Below, piece by piece: positions 1-9,713 of a stretch of 64,000 nucleotides of DNA. The stretch is from positions 192,001-256,000 of the forward strand of contig CAVPCR010000001.1 of the NCBI GenBank assembly GCA_963702435.1, read 5' to 3'. Source of the DNA: Candidatus Eiseniibacteriota bacterium (GTDB lineage: Bacteria > Eisenbacteria > RBG-16-71-46 > CAVPCR01). The stretch's first letter is position 1. Each line of letters begins with the position of its first letter. The translations under genes and the position numbers were made by a program. The notes beneath the pieces were generated by a model. It worked only from the letters and a program-made list of their open reading frames with translations. It was not told where the DNA came from and ran no database searches.

Positions 1-802
1 CCGCGGATCCTTCTCGAGGCAGCGCGCGACGAGGCGGTCGAGATCGGCGGGCGCATCGGCCCGCACGCTCGCAAGCGACGGCGGAGCGTCACGCAGGATC
101 GCAGCCGAGATCGCGCCCGCAGTCCCGCCCGCGAACGGCCGCCGCCCCGTGGCCAGCTCGTAGAGGAGCGTGCCGAGCGCGAAGAGGTCCGTGCGGCTGT
201 CCACCGCTTCGCCGCGCACCTGCTCCGGCGCCATGTACGGGATCGTGCCCACCACCTGGCCGGCGACCGACCGGCCGGCCGGCAGGGTTGCATCCTGCGT
301 TGCGTCGAGCTTCGAGGTCGGGCTCCTCGAGCTTCGCGAGCCCGAAGTCGAGGACCTTGAGGCGTCCCTCGCGCGTCAGCATCACATTCGCGGGCTTCAA
401 GTCGCGATGCACGACGCCCTTCTCGTGCGCCGCGGCCAGCGCGTCCGCGAGCGCGATGCCCACCTCGAGCACGCGCGCGACCGGCAGCCCGCCCGGGGTC
501 ACGTGCCCCTCGAGGCTCTGGCCCTCGACCAGCTCCATGGTGAGGAACCGCGTGCCGGCCTCGTCCTCGACCGAGAACAGCGTGACGATGTTCGGGTGGT
601 TGAGCCCCGCGACGGTGCGCGCCTCGCGCTCGAAGCGGGCCAGTCGGCCGGCGTCGGCAGCCACCTCGGCGGGCAGCACCTTGAGCGCCACGTGACGACC
701 GAGCCGGAGGTCCTTGGCGCGGTAGACCTCGCCCATGCCGCCGGCGCCGAGAGGCGCGATGATCTCGTAGGCACCGAGGCGAACACCGGAGGCGAGGCGC
801 AT
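1..802 (-). pseudogene. Ser/Thr protein kinase (Hanks type), frameshifted near 310-330, runs off the window start
   Basis: GAGGMGEVY, VALK, HRDLKPAN and DFG are in ORF 89..802. GTIPYMAPE and DLFALG continue in a different frame after [12 protein letters not shown]. Could be a sequencing error. Confidence 0.8.
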
Positions 803-854
803 GGTTCGGAACTCTCCTATAGACGGTGATCAGGCCGACTGCGACCGGCCATCA

Positions 855-1883
855 TCATGCTGTGCTTCCGCCGCGGCCGGCAACTCGAGCCTGGCCCGGC
901 CCGGTTTCCGTGGCCGACGGTGGCACGGCGCCGATCAGCTCGCTGAACGCGGCCAGATCGATGTTGCCGCCGGAGACGATCGCCACGATGGGACCCATGC
1001 CGGCCTTCCCGGTGAGCGCCGCCGCGAGCGGCAGCGCCCCGGCGCCTTCGACGATGACGCGGGCCTTCTCCGCCATCAGGCGCATCGCCTGCTTCGTCTC
1101 CTCCAGGGAGACCACGATGCAGCCATCGAGGACCGGCTTCATGCGCTCCCACATCCGCGGGAAGACGCTGCGACCGCCCGCGCCGTCGACGAACGACGCC
1201 TTCCAGTCCGGGAAGACCTGCGGCGACCCCTTGGCGAAGGAGAGGGCGGCCGGGGCGGCCGTTTCCGGCTCCGCTCCCCACACCCGGGTGCCGGGGCTCA
1301 GGGCCTTCAACGCAGCGCCCAGGCCCGAGACGAGCCCGCCGCCCCCGATGCTCGCGATCACGGCGGCGGTGCGCGGCTCATCCTCGAGGATCTCGAGCCC
1401 CATGGTGGCGTGCCCCGCGATGAAGTTGTGATCGTCGAACGGGTGCACGAAGGTCCCTTCGACTCCGGGGTAGGCCCGGTCATCGAGGGCCTTCCACGCC
1501 ACCTCGTACGGCACGAGCACGAGGCGCGCGCCGAGCGCCCGCATCCGCTCGAGCTTCGACGCCGGCGCGGTCTCGATGGCGACGACCGTGCAGGGGACGC
1601 CGGCCATCCTCGCCGCGTAGGCGATCCCCTGGCCCGCGTTCCCCGCGCTGATGGTCCACACGCCGCGCCTCCGCTCTGCGTCCGGGAGGAGCGCCACCGC
1701 GTTCGCGGCGCCGCGGAGCTTGTAGGCGTTGATCGGTTGCAGGTTCTCGAGCTTGAGGCGGATGTCCGGGTAGCCGGGTCCGAGATCGAGACGGACGAGC
1801 GGGGTGCGCACGATGGTGCCCGCGATGCGCTCCCGCGCGGCGCGGATCTCGGCCAGGAGAACGGGGCGAACGGGGTCGAGCAT
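855..1883 (-). CDS. PLP-dependent threonine/serine dehydratase family protein
   Basis: LKLENLQPINAYKLRGA, SAGNAGQG, IGGGGL and VSGGN motifs. Confidence 0.9.
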   Translation of the reverse strand: MLDPVRPVLLAEIRAARERIAGTIVRTPLVRLDLGPGYPDIRLKLENLQPINAYKLRGAANAVALLPDAERRRGVWTISAGNAGQGIAYAARMAGVPCTVVAIETAPASKLERMRALGARLVLVPYEVAWKALDDRAYPGVEGTFVHPFDDHNFIAGHATMGLEILEDEPRTAAVIASIGGGGLVSGLGAALKALSPGTRVWGAEPETAAPAALSFAKGSPQVFPDWKASFVDGAGGRSVFPRMWERMKPVLDGCIVVSLEETKQAMRLMAEKARVIVEGAGALPLAAALTGKAGMGPIVAIVSGGNIDLAAFSELIGAVPPSATETGPGQARVAGRGGSTA

Positions 1884-1911
1884 CAAGGGGTGTCTTTGCT
1901 CCTGGTTGCGT

Positions 1912-2694
1912 TCACGAGACGTTGAGAAAGCCGGAGGAATACGTGACGGCGTGGCCGCCGATCCCGACCCGCTCGCCCCGATGCTCGCAGAGGAGCTCGC
2001 CGCCGCGCGGCGAGACCTGGCGCGCGCGAAGCCGGGTGCGGCCGAGGCGCTCCGCCCAGTATGGAATGAGCGTGCAGTGGGCGGACCCGGTCACCGGGTC
2101 TTCCGGCACCCCGGCGCGCGGCGCAAAGAACCGCGATACGAAATCGCAATCCTCGCCGGGGGCGGTTGCGATGACACCCAGGCAGTCGAGGCGCTCGAGG
2201 GCGGCCATGTCCGGCTCGAGGCTGCGCACCGCTGCCTCGGTCTCGAAGACGGCGAGGTAGTCGCGGGCCCTCGCGATTTGAGCCGGACTCGCTCGGAGCG
2301 CCGCGCCCAGCTCGGGCGACGGAGCGCAGGGCGCGGCGGGGCGTGCCGGAAAGTCGAGCGTGAGGAGATCTCCATCGCGCGAGACGGTGAGGAGACCGGA
2401 GAGGGTCTTGAAGCGAACGATGGAGCCGCGGTAGCCGAGATGCCGGAAGATGACATGAGCCGTGGCGAGTGTGGCGTGGCCGCAGAGGTCGACCTCGAGC
2501 GCCGGGGTGAACCAGCGGAGGTCGAACGCCGAATCCCGCTGCACGGTGAAGGCTGTTTCGGCGAGGTTGTGCTCGGCGGCGATCGACTGGAGGACGCTGT
2601 CGGGCAGCCAGTCGGCGAGGAGACACACGCCGGCGGGGTTACCGGAGAAGGGACTGCTCGTGAAGGCGTCGACATGGTAGTACGGGATGCTCAT
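1912..2694 (-). CDS. PhzF family isomerase
   Basis: VDAFTSSPFSGNPAGV, LAETAF, EVDLCGHATLA, EDPVTGSAH. Confidence 0.95.
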   Translation of the reverse strand: MSIPYYHVDAFTSSPFSGNPAGVCLLADWLPDSVLQSIAAEHNLAETAFTVQRDSAFDLRWFTPALEVDLCGHATLATAHVIFRHLGYRGSIVRFKTLSGLLTVSRDGDLLTLDFPARPAAPCAPSPELGAALRASPAQIARARDYLAVFETEAAVRSLEPDMAALERLDCLGVIATAPGEDCDFVSRFFAPRAGVPEDPVTGSAHCTLIPYWAERLGRTRLRARQVSPRGGELLCEHRGERVGIGGHAVTYSSGFLNVS

Positions 2695-3395
2695 GGGGCT
2701 TCACGCTCCTTTGCGCGTGCCCGCAAGAAGGCGACCGTTCGTTCCCACGCCAGGTCGGCCGCCGCGCGATCGAAGGCATCTACCCGGTCGGGCTCGAAGA
2801 ACCAGTGACCCGTGCCGCTGTAAACGTGAATGGTCACGGGACGACCGGCCTTCCGCAGGGACTCCGCCAGGTGATCGACGTTCGACCGCGGCTCGAACTG
2901 GTCGTTCTCGGCGAAGTGACCGAGAAACGTGGCCCTCGAGTTCCGGAAGTCGTCGGCCCCGGTCCCGTAGAACACGACGACCGACCGGATGTGCTCGGGG
3001 GCGGCATTGGCGAGATCCAGAGCATAGTAGGCGCCCAGGGAGAAGCCGATCACGGCCAGGCCACGACCGGTTTCTCCTGCGCGCTCGTTCAGGAGCTCGA
3101 CGGCATCCTTGATCTCGGCCTTGGCCTCGAGGTGGCGGGCGTCGAGAGCCTTGCCCAGCGCCTCGGCCTCTTCGATCCGGTCTGCGGACCGACCATGGTA
3201 GAGGTCCGGGGCGAACGCCACGAACCCCGCTTCCGCCAGTCGCGTACAGACGGCGCGGATCGTGCCGTTCAGTCCCCACCAGGCATGGAGGACGAGCACA
3301 CCGGGACCTTCGCCGCCCGGCGGAACCGCGAGAAACCCTGAAGGTTGGGGCTGTGGCATGCGGACTCCCGATCGCGGCTCTGCCGCTTGCGTCAC
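2691..3395 (-). CDS. dienelactone hydrolase family protein (start may be ATG 3359)
   Basis: HAWWGLN, APDLYHG, GFSLG nucleophile elbow, GHWFFE. Confidence 0.9.
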   Translation of the reverse strand: MTQAAEPRSGVRMPQPQPSGFLAVPPGGEGPGVLVLHAWWGLNGTIRAVCTRLAEAGFVAFAPDLYHGRSADRIEEAEALGKALDARHLEAKAEIKDAVELLNERAGETGRGLAVIGFSLGAYYALDLANAAPEHIRSVVVFYGTGADDFRNSRATFLGHFAENDQFEPRSNVDHLAESLRKAGRPVTIHVYSGTGHWFFEPDRVDAFDRAAADLAWERTVAFLRARAKEREAP

Positions 3396-3399
3396 TGCG

Positions 3400-3846
3400 C
3401 TAATCCGGAATCTCGGGCTCGACCAGCTTCTTGAGCTGCGCGAGCGACTCCTGCCAGCCGAGATAGCACATCTCGAGCGGGATGACCTCGGGCAGGCCTT
3501 CCTGCAACACGCTGAGCTCGGTGCCGCATGACACCTGCTTCAAGGTCACCGTTGTCGTCATCTCTCCGGGCAAGTTCGGGTCATCGAACCTGTCCGTGTA
3601 GCGGATCCTCTCGGACGGCACCAGTTCACGATACTCGCCGCCAAAGGATTGACCGTGACCGGTCGTGAAGTTCGTGAACGACATCTTGTAGGTACCACCC
3701 ACTCTGGCATCCATGTGGTGCACCTTGCAGGTGAAGCCGTAGGGCGGGAGCCACTTGGCCATCGCATCGGCGTCCAGGAACGCGCGGTAGACGCGCTCCG
3801 GGTTCGCGCGCAGGACGCGGTGAAGTCGGACGGTGCCTGTTGCCAT
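3400..3846 (-). CDS. SRPBCC/AHSA1 family protein
   Basis: LHRVLRANPERVYRAFLD...GWQESLAQL; upstream AAGGA RBS. Confidence 0.92.
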   Translation of the reverse strand: MATGTVRLHRVLRANPERVYRAFLDADAMAKWLPPYGFTCKVHHMDARVGGTYKMSFTNFTTGHGQSFGGEYRELVPSERIRYTDRFDDPNLPGEMTTTVTLKQVSCGTELSVLQEGLPEVIPLEMCYLGWQESLAQLKKLVEPEIPD

Positions 3847-4017
3847 GGTCGTCCTTTCGCCTCGTCGTTCGACGGTTGCTCGGCTCGGGGGGCCATGCGA
3901 TCGGGGGTGGTCCGCGGGCTGGTCCGCGAGCGGCGGGGGGCGCTGTCGCGACCATCGCGGAAGTCAGGTGCAACGGTAACCCGGCCGGTCAGGATCCTGC
4001 AAGGCCGATCCCGCGGT

Positions 4018-4431
4018 TCAAGTTCTCGGAGTCGCGAGCCTGTCGTTCCTCTTCAACCGCGCGAGGCCGGCGCCGATGACCAGCCCAGCCACGGCGAACG
4101 CAACATGGAAGAGCAGCGCCTCGGGCGTGCGAATTGCGCGCAGGGAGCCTCCCTTGACCTGGGCGATCAGCGCCGTCGGCACGATGCCGAGGAGCATCGC
4201 GGCAATGGGCAACAGCCACCACCACGCCCGGTGCGGCACCAGGCGTCGCACGCCGTGGAGGATCGGGAGGTAGAGAAGCCAGTAGCACAGCGCGAAGGCA
4301 ACGAACGAGGTGGAGATCACCGCCCGGAGATCGCCCGCCGAGATCCGTTCTCCATGGAGCAGCGCGAGGGCGCCCGCATAGGCGAGCAGGCCGGCGAGCC
4401 ACGCCGCGATGAAGAGCCGCAGGCTCGTCAA
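4018..4431 (-). CDS. hypothetical membrane protein
   Basis: About 4 hydrophobic helices; co-oriented with neighbours. Confidence 0.65.
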   Translation of the reverse strand: MTSLRLFIAAWLAGLLAYAGALALLHGERISAGDLRAVISTSFVAFALCYWLLYLPILHGVRRLVPHRAWWWLLPIAAMLLGIVPTALIAQVKGGSLRAIRTPEALLFHVAFAVAGLVIGAGLARLKRNDRLATPRT

Positions 4432-4721
4432 CGGATGGGGCCTCCGTGCTCCCGCTCGAGCCTCCGCGCCAGCGCGGTGCGACGCTCGGCATCGAGCGAT
4501 GCGACGTAAGCAGGGGCGGAGCCCGCACCACCGAGGAGCGGTCGCCAGTGGTCATCGACGCCGGTGAAGACGGTCGGGATCTCGATCGGCTCGCAGCGTA
4601 TGTCGCCGAGCCCGCCCGCGCGGAAGAGCTCGATCAGCGCGGGGGGCCGGCAGAGCGGGAAGCGATGACCCTGATCGATCTCGCGCGCGCGGTGCGTGTC
4701 GTCGAGCGGCATCACGCGCAA
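4428..4721 (-). pseudogene. chimeric remnant: flavodoxin-gene fragment plus class I SAM methyltransferase C-terminus
   Basis: FPLCRP...IEIPTVF...WRPLLGGAGSAPAYVASL resembles methyltransferase C-termini. 4684-4714 is identical to 21675-21705. Confidence 0.65.
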
Positions 4722-4796
4722 CCGCCGCGTGGACTGGATGCCGGGTACAAAGGCGCGGTCACGATCTGCTGCGTGACGTGGTTCGGGCTCATGTCG

Positions 4797-5213
4797 CTAC
4801 CAAGGAATGATGACCCCCACGAGAGCGATCGCGAGACCTGCCGGCGTCAGGTAGCGCGATAGCCTCAGCAGACTGCGATTCGCCGTCGCACGGTCGGTTC
4901 CGGGAGCGGACGCCGACTCTCGATCAAGCGCGCGACGCGCGGGCGGCACCGCAGCAACCAGCAGGTTAGCCAGAACCATCGAGGGGCCCAACCATGCGAA
5001 GAGCGAACCAACCGCCATGAGGATGCCGCCGATACCATCGGGCGCAATGCGGAAACCGTCGACCGCGTGAACTAGCCCGTAGAGCTTGCCTAGAGCGACG
5101 AGCGAAGCGAGTATCAGCACAAACCACGGCACCATGTAGCACGGAATCAACAAGAGGTTCCAAGGACTTCGACGTCGTCCGGCGCGAGTCCGAGCATTTG
5201 TGATGTAACCCAT
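4797..5213 (-). CDS. hypothetical membrane protein (paralog of 14687..15097)
   Basis: Shares WNLLLIP, GIGGILMA and VPxARRALDRE with the 14.7-kb gene. Confidence 0.8.
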   Translation of the reverse strand: MGYITNARTRAGRRRSPWNLLLIPCYMVPWFVLILASLVALGKLYGLVHAVDGFRIAPDGIGGILMAVGSLFAWLGPSMVLANLLVAAVPPARRALDRESASAPGTDRATANRSLLRLSRYLTPAGLAIALVGVIIPW

Positions 5214-5302
5214 CGTGGCCTCAGCCGCGGCAGGCGCTCACCGCGACCCCTTCTCACCTCTTCCCCGCGCCGCCCGCCGTCGGCTGCAGGCGAGTGTTCT
5301 GA
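5207..5302 (-). mobile_element. degenerate attC-like site
   Basis: Minus strand TCAGAAC-actcgcctgcagccgacggcgggcg...gcgcctgccgcggctgaggc: attC-type arms, R' decayed. Confidence 0.55.
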
Positions 5303-5340
5303 GGCTGGCTCGCCCGGCGCGTGTCCCCGTGAACGCTGCG

Positions 5341-5391
5341 TGCCAACGGGTTTGACTCCGGCCTCCCGTCAGCTTCAGCGGCTGCTTGGGC
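5341..5391 (-). mobile_element. partial attC-like site overlapping the HxlR stop codon
   Basis: Minus strand GCCCAAG-cagccgctgaagctgacggg...GTTGGCA; left arm matches the attC at 46437-46567. Confidence 0.5.
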
Positions 5392-5785
5392 GAGCGTCGG
5401 TCGTCGCCCCCGCGTCGGCCGCGGGAAAGTCCCCCTGGTTGAGTGACTCCTGAAGCCGCTGCACTTCCGCAAGGATGCGCATGAATCGGCGCCCGAACGG
5501 GGTCAGGCGATACTCCACCTCGATCGGGGGCTTCTCGCCGAGAACGGTGCGGCGCGCGATGCCGAAGCGAGTCATCTTTCGCAGGCGCTCGTTCATGACC
5601 TTCGCCGACAATCCCGGGCAAGCCCGCAGGAGCGCGCTGGGCCGGGAGGGCCCGTCGGCGATGATCTTGAGCAGGCGCACCGACCACTTGCACCCGACGA
5701 TGCTCTCGACCATGGAGGCCACGGGGATGCTGTCGCCCCGCGGCACTTGGACGAGCGAGCGAGCGGAGGACTTGGGTCGAGTCAT
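5375..5785 (-). CDS. HxlR-family winged-helix transcriptional regulator
   Basis: IVGCKWSVRLL, PGLSAKVMNERLR, PPIEVEYRLTPFG. Confidence 0.92.
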   Translation of the reverse strand: MTRPKSSARSLVQVPRGDSIPVASMVESIVGCKWSVRLLKIIADGPSRPSALLRACPGLSAKVMNERLRKMTRFGIARRTVLGEKPPIEVEYRLTPFGRRFMRILAEVQRLQESLNQGDFPAADAGATTDARPSSR

Positions 5786-5815
5786 TCGGTGACCACCTTA
5801 CCGAAAAGTGCCTTC

Positions 5816-5844
5816 TTGGCGCCGGCCGGCCGCGGCCGTATGTT
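5816..5844 (+). promoter_or_regulatory. sigma70-type promoter for the thioredoxin-like gene
   Basis: TTGGCG-N17-TATGTT; adjacent AT-richer CTTACCGAAAAGTGC may be the HxlR operator (inference). Confidence 0.55.
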
Positions 5845-5855
5845 GGCGCGACAGA

Positions 5856-5930
5856 GGCCACTCCGCAAGAGGCCACTCCGTAAGGGGCCACTCAGGAAAG
5901 GCCCGCTCCGACGAAGCCCACTCCGAAGCC
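5856..5930 (+). repeat. 15-bp tandem repeat, 5 imperfect copies
   Basis: ggccactccgcaaga / ggccactccgtaagg / ggccactcaggaaag / gcccgctccgacgaa / gcccactccgaagcc. Confidence 0.85.
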
Positions 5931-5953
5931 CAAGACACGCAAGGAGGCACAGT

Positions 5954-6190
5954 ATGAGAGCGAAAGCCGTCTTCTACCACGCCGGCTGCCCAGTCTGCGT
6001 GAGCGCCGAGCAGAACGTCCTCGGAGCGCTGGACAGGAACCGCTTCGATGTCGAGGTCGTGCACCTCGGAACGAACAAGAGCCGCCTGCCCGAGGCGGAG
6101 AAGCTGGGCATCAAGTCGGTGCCCGCGCTCGTGCTCGATGGACAGCCCTTCCACATCAACTTCGGCGCCAACCTGTCCGACCTCAGGTAG
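5954..6190 (+). CDS. small thioredoxin-fold protein
   Basis: YHAGCPVC (CxxC), SVPALV cis-Pro loop; AAGGAGG RBS. Confidence 0.9.
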   Translation: MRAKAVFYHAGCPVCVSAEQNVLGALDRNRFDVEVVHLGTNKSRLPEAEKLGIKSVPALVLDGQPFHINFGANLSDLR

Positions 6191-6333
6191 CCAATGGTGC
6201 GGCGCGCTGGTCGAAGGGGCGACCTCGCCCCTTCGGCCTTCCCGTCCCCGCGCCGCGGGATCATCTCGGCGGCCACATGCTGCTCGCCCGGCCCCCTGAG
6301 TGCATGAGTTAGCCCCGGGCGGAGCGGTCGCGC

Positions 6334-7023
6334 TCAGTCGCCATCCGCTGGAACCGGTTGCCGGGCGCGCTCTGGATAGCCAGGGATGTTCTTGCCGAGG
6401 TGGATGTCGCGCCGCACGACCCACACCCCGGTGCTGTCCCCCTGTGGCGTCACCAGGCCGCTCCCGCCGCGGCCCAGGATCAGGGCTTCCCTCTTCTCCT
6501 TCGTCAGCCTGGGATCATCTTCGAACAGGATGTCATCGATGTAGTACGTACAGCGACCAGCTTCGATCACATGCATGTGCACGTGGGCCGGGAGGTCGGA
6601 ATCCGGGTAGCCGGCTGGTCGAATCGTGGCGAAGCTGTACCGTCCCTCCGCATCCGTCACAGCCCATCCCCGCAGGAGGCCGTGACGGTAGGCGGCGAGG
6701 CCTGGATATCGATCGTCCGGCGGATAGAGGCCGCGGCTGTTGGTATGGTACGCGTAGACGATCACCCCTGACGCCGGATCTCCTGTCGGGTCGAAGACCG
6801 TGCCTGCGATGCGCATGGACTGACCGGGTTCATCCCGCCGGCCGATCCGGGCGTCGGTCTCGATCGTTACCGGCAACCCCTGGAAGACCGCCTCGCACCC
6901 CTCACAGGGCAACCCGACGATCGGTTCGCGGGCGCGGCCGGGCGATGGGGCCTCGGCGCTTGCGCACCCGGAGGCACTTGCAAGACCGATCAGGACTGCG
7001 ATGACCCTGGCAAGCCGCTGCAT
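6334..7023 (-). CDS. intradiol ring-cleavage dioxygenase-like protein (exported)
   Basis: Signal/lipobox-like N-terminus, CEGCE, YAYHTN, RGWAVTDAEGRY, TIRPAGYP, PAHVH; AAGGAG RBS. Confidence 0.85.
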   Translation of the reverse strand: MQRLARVIAVLIGLASASGCASAEAPSPGRAREPIVGLPCEGCEAVFQGLPVTIETDARIGRRDEPGQSMRIAGTVFDPTGDPASGVIVYAYHTNSRGLYPPDDRYPGLAAYRHGLLRGWAVTDAEGRYSFATIRPAGYPDSDLPAHVHMHVIEAGRCTYYIDDILFEDDPRLTKEKREALILGRGGSGLVTPQGDSTGVWVVRRDIHLGKNIPGYPERARQPVPADGD

Positions 7024-7288
7024 GATCGTGTTCTCCTTGTCCGCCCTGAGCGTGCACCGCCCCATGGTCGTCGCTTCAGCCAGCGGTAGAGCTCGGCCTG
7101 CAGCGTGCGCGCCTCGGCCCCGCGACCCACGGCGGCGAGAGCGCAGCCGACCAGCGCTCGGCAAAGGTGGTCATTGGTAGATTCTACATGACACCGCTAC
7201 GGGCGCGGTGGACGGCAAGACCCCCTGTCGAACCGTGCGCGTAACTTGGTGGCCGCCTGCCGGCAGCGGCAGGATAACCCCCATCTCT

Positions 7289-8497
7289 TCATGGCGTGGC
7301 GAAGATCACACTGCGGCGAAAGCGCCAGCCCCCGTGGCTGTACTCGTATTCCGTGTACTCCTCGAAGGGGAACCCGTTGCTGCGCCCGACTACGCATCGC
7401 ACATTCTCAGAGAGCCAGGCGCCTCGCTTGTCGGTGTAGAACACCTTGCCGCGCTTGATCCAGAGCTCGAGGCTTGCAGTCGTCTCGCCGTCGCTGCCCG
7501 TCACGGTCAGAGGCGAGAAGAGGCCGTCTTCACCCAGCGACACTTCGAACGGCGATTCGTCTGACACGCCCAGTTGTCCGTCTCGCGCGAGCCCGGGAGG
7601 AAGGATCGCTTGAAGCGTCGTGCGCGGAACCTGACTGACGGTCTCGTCTATCACCTTGACCAGGCTCGGTGGCGCGTTGCTGCCGATCAGCCTCTCGATC
7701 TTCTTCGCGCGCAAGGCGTATGTTCCTTGAGGGCGCGAAGACAGGTAATCGCGCAGTGCTTCTCTCGTTCCTGCCGTTTCAGCCTCGCGCCATGCAACGG
7801 CGTCGCGAGCCTCAGCTTCATGCAATCCTGAAGGATATGCCTGAAGGTACGACTGGTATCGCGAGATGTCGCGTGGAGACTCCTGAACCGCCTGCCAGGC
7901 CGCGTCATCACTCTTCGCGCCCCGCACCTCCCATCCCGAGGCAAGCGCATCGGCTTCGGCGATTTGTGCCTCGGTCATGCTCTCGGCGAGCGCCTTGTTA
8001 ACTTCGGCAGCTTTCGCGTTGCCGGCGGCGGCCGCCAGATCGAGCCAGAAGCGGGCCTGAACAAGGTCCCGTTCCACGCCGGCACCGATCGCGTAGAGGA
8101 CGGCCAGGCCCAATTGTGCCTCAACTTCGTTCTGCTCGGCTGCCTTGCGGAACCACTTGCTCGCTTCGCCGAGGTCCTTCTCAACGCCACGACCCTCACT
8201 ATGCATCAGCGCAAGGTGGAGTTGCGCCGAGGCCAGACCTTGGTCGGCTGCCTTGCCGAACCACTTGATCGCTTCTCCGTAGTCCTCCGCGACCCCCTCC
8301 GCCCTCGCATAGCGCAATCCGAGTTGGTCCTGAGCGTCCGCGTCTCCGCTCTCCGCGCGCCGACGAAGGTCTGGCAGCGACTCCGTTGCCCCGGATCGCA
8401 ATTCCGTTCCTGGGGACTCCTGGGCACGTGCGACTCCCAAGCCCATCGCCAGCACGGCACATGCAACCGTCAGACGGACGATCGTTGTAGTTGTCAT
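7289..8497 (-). CDS. Sel1-like repeat secreted protein
   Basis: AQDQLGLRY...WFGKAADQG, AQLHLALMH...WFRKAAEQN repeats; signal peptide after ATG 8497. Confidence 0.85.
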   Translation of the reverse strand: MTTTTIVRLTVACAVLAMGLGVARAQESPGTELRSGATESLPDLRRRAESGDADAQDQLGLRYARAEGVAEDYGEAIKWFGKAADQGLASAQLHLALMHSEGRGVEKDLGEASKWFRKAAEQNEVEAQLGLAVLYAIGAGVERDLVQARFWLDLAAAAGNAKAAEVNKALAESMTEAQIAEADALASGWEVRGAKSDDAAWQAVQESPRDISRYQSYLQAYPSGLHEAEARDAVAWREAETAGTREALRDYLSSRPQGTYALRAKKIERLIGSNAPPSLVKVIDETVSQVPRTTLQAILPPGLARDGQLGVSDESPFEVSLGEDGLFSPLTVTGSDGETTASLELWIKRGKVFYTDKRGAWLSENVRCVVGRSNGFPFEEYTEYEYSHGGWRFRRSVIFATP

Positions 8498-8646
8498 CTC
8501 GAAGCTCCCCGCTGCACGCGACCCTCGAGTCCGGAGTGCCTCATGTCCCGCGCAGCCAGAATCTGACGCAAAGCGGTAGACGCCTCTGGGGTCGATGTCA
8601 CGAGGTGATCCAAGAACTTCGGTCGCTCGTTGGCCGAGCACGTCGG

Positions 8647-9006
8647 TCACCTCGAATGACCCGAGTACGTCAGCCTTGCGACGGCAAGCACCGAATACGA
8701 ATGTGGGATCCGACACATCTCCTCCTCTTGGATGTGGGGTAGTTGGGGCCAGAAGTGCTGCGGATGCTCATCTACCCATGCGATCTGGAGCCCCGCCTGG
8801 CACAGAGCGGTGACGACATCGCCCAACGTCCACTGATACTCCCACGCTACCGGCACTGCCTCGCCGGGCGGAGCATGTCGGATGGCCTCTGCCCGCATCT
8901 CGCCCTCGACGACGCGAAAGCCGACGCTGACATCCTCGGACCGATCGCGCTCGCGGATCTTCGCGAGATCGCTCAGTGCGAGCTCACGATACTCGAGCTG
9001 CGACAC
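8647..9006 (-). pseudogene. chimeric remnant (GNAT-like N-terminus plus methyltransferase-like C-terminus)
   Basis: YRELALSDLAKIRERDRSE joined to EYQWTLGDVVTALCQAGLQIAWVDEHP; both halves too short for full domains. Confidence 0.5.
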
Positions 9007-9084
9007 GGCGCAACCCTCCCGTTGCGTATGCCAGGACTCTGCCGGACGGCGTTGGGCTGAGCCGCATGGCTTGCTACTGAACGT

Positions 9085-9474
9085 TCATCCGACCATGAAG
9101 TCGTAGCCATTGCGGACGGCATGCCACATGACCACAAAGGTGACCACAAGAAGCAGATGCAGCAGGACCAGCTCCCAGGTCCGAGAAGACTTCGAAAGGA
9201 GCACCCTCGCAATGAGCAGAAGCATGGCCGGATAGAGAAGGACAGGAAGGAGCGAAGCGGAAAGACTGGCCGAGCCAAAGAGAGCGGATGCCGACACGCC
9301 GACGATCACGAGGGGCCAGCTGACGGTTGCGATGGCCTGCCAAAGCACCACTTCCAGAACCTGTGCGGGTGGATACCGCCCGAAGGGAGGGATCGCAAGA
9401 GGAAGGACCGTGGATGAGAGGGCGGTGGTTACGGCCAGCGATATGAGGATGGTGATACGGCGCCTTCGAGTCAT
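9085..9474 (-). CDS. hypothetical membrane protein
   Basis: About 4 TM segments; AGGAG RBS upstream. Confidence 0.7.
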   Translation of the reverse strand: MTRRRRITILISLAVTTALSSTVLPLAIPPFGRYPPAQVLEVVLWQAIATVSWPLVIVGVSASALFGSASLSASLLPVLLYPAMLLLIARVLLSKSSRTWELVLLHLLLVVTFVVMWHAVRNGYDFMVG

Positions 9475-9713
9475 CGCAGGACACTACTCCTGTAGAGCAC
9501 CTCAGCGACCATTATGATGCCCCCAACGACTGTCAGGCCAAGCAAGCCAAGGCCCGCTATCATCGGCGCCGTCCTCTGCGCCGCCCCCCCGATGGCCTCC
9601 TGATCAGCCGACGAGCGACGTTCACCCGTCCGGAGATCGTCCTTTCGGGTGCGCCCAACTCGGTTCTGGCGCCGGTTTCCCTTCACCGCGCACCGATGTC
9701 CGGCATCTGTAGG

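Noticed and set aside
9471..9686. 71-aa ORF as a real gene
   Set aside because: Weak start and composition; more likely a remnant.
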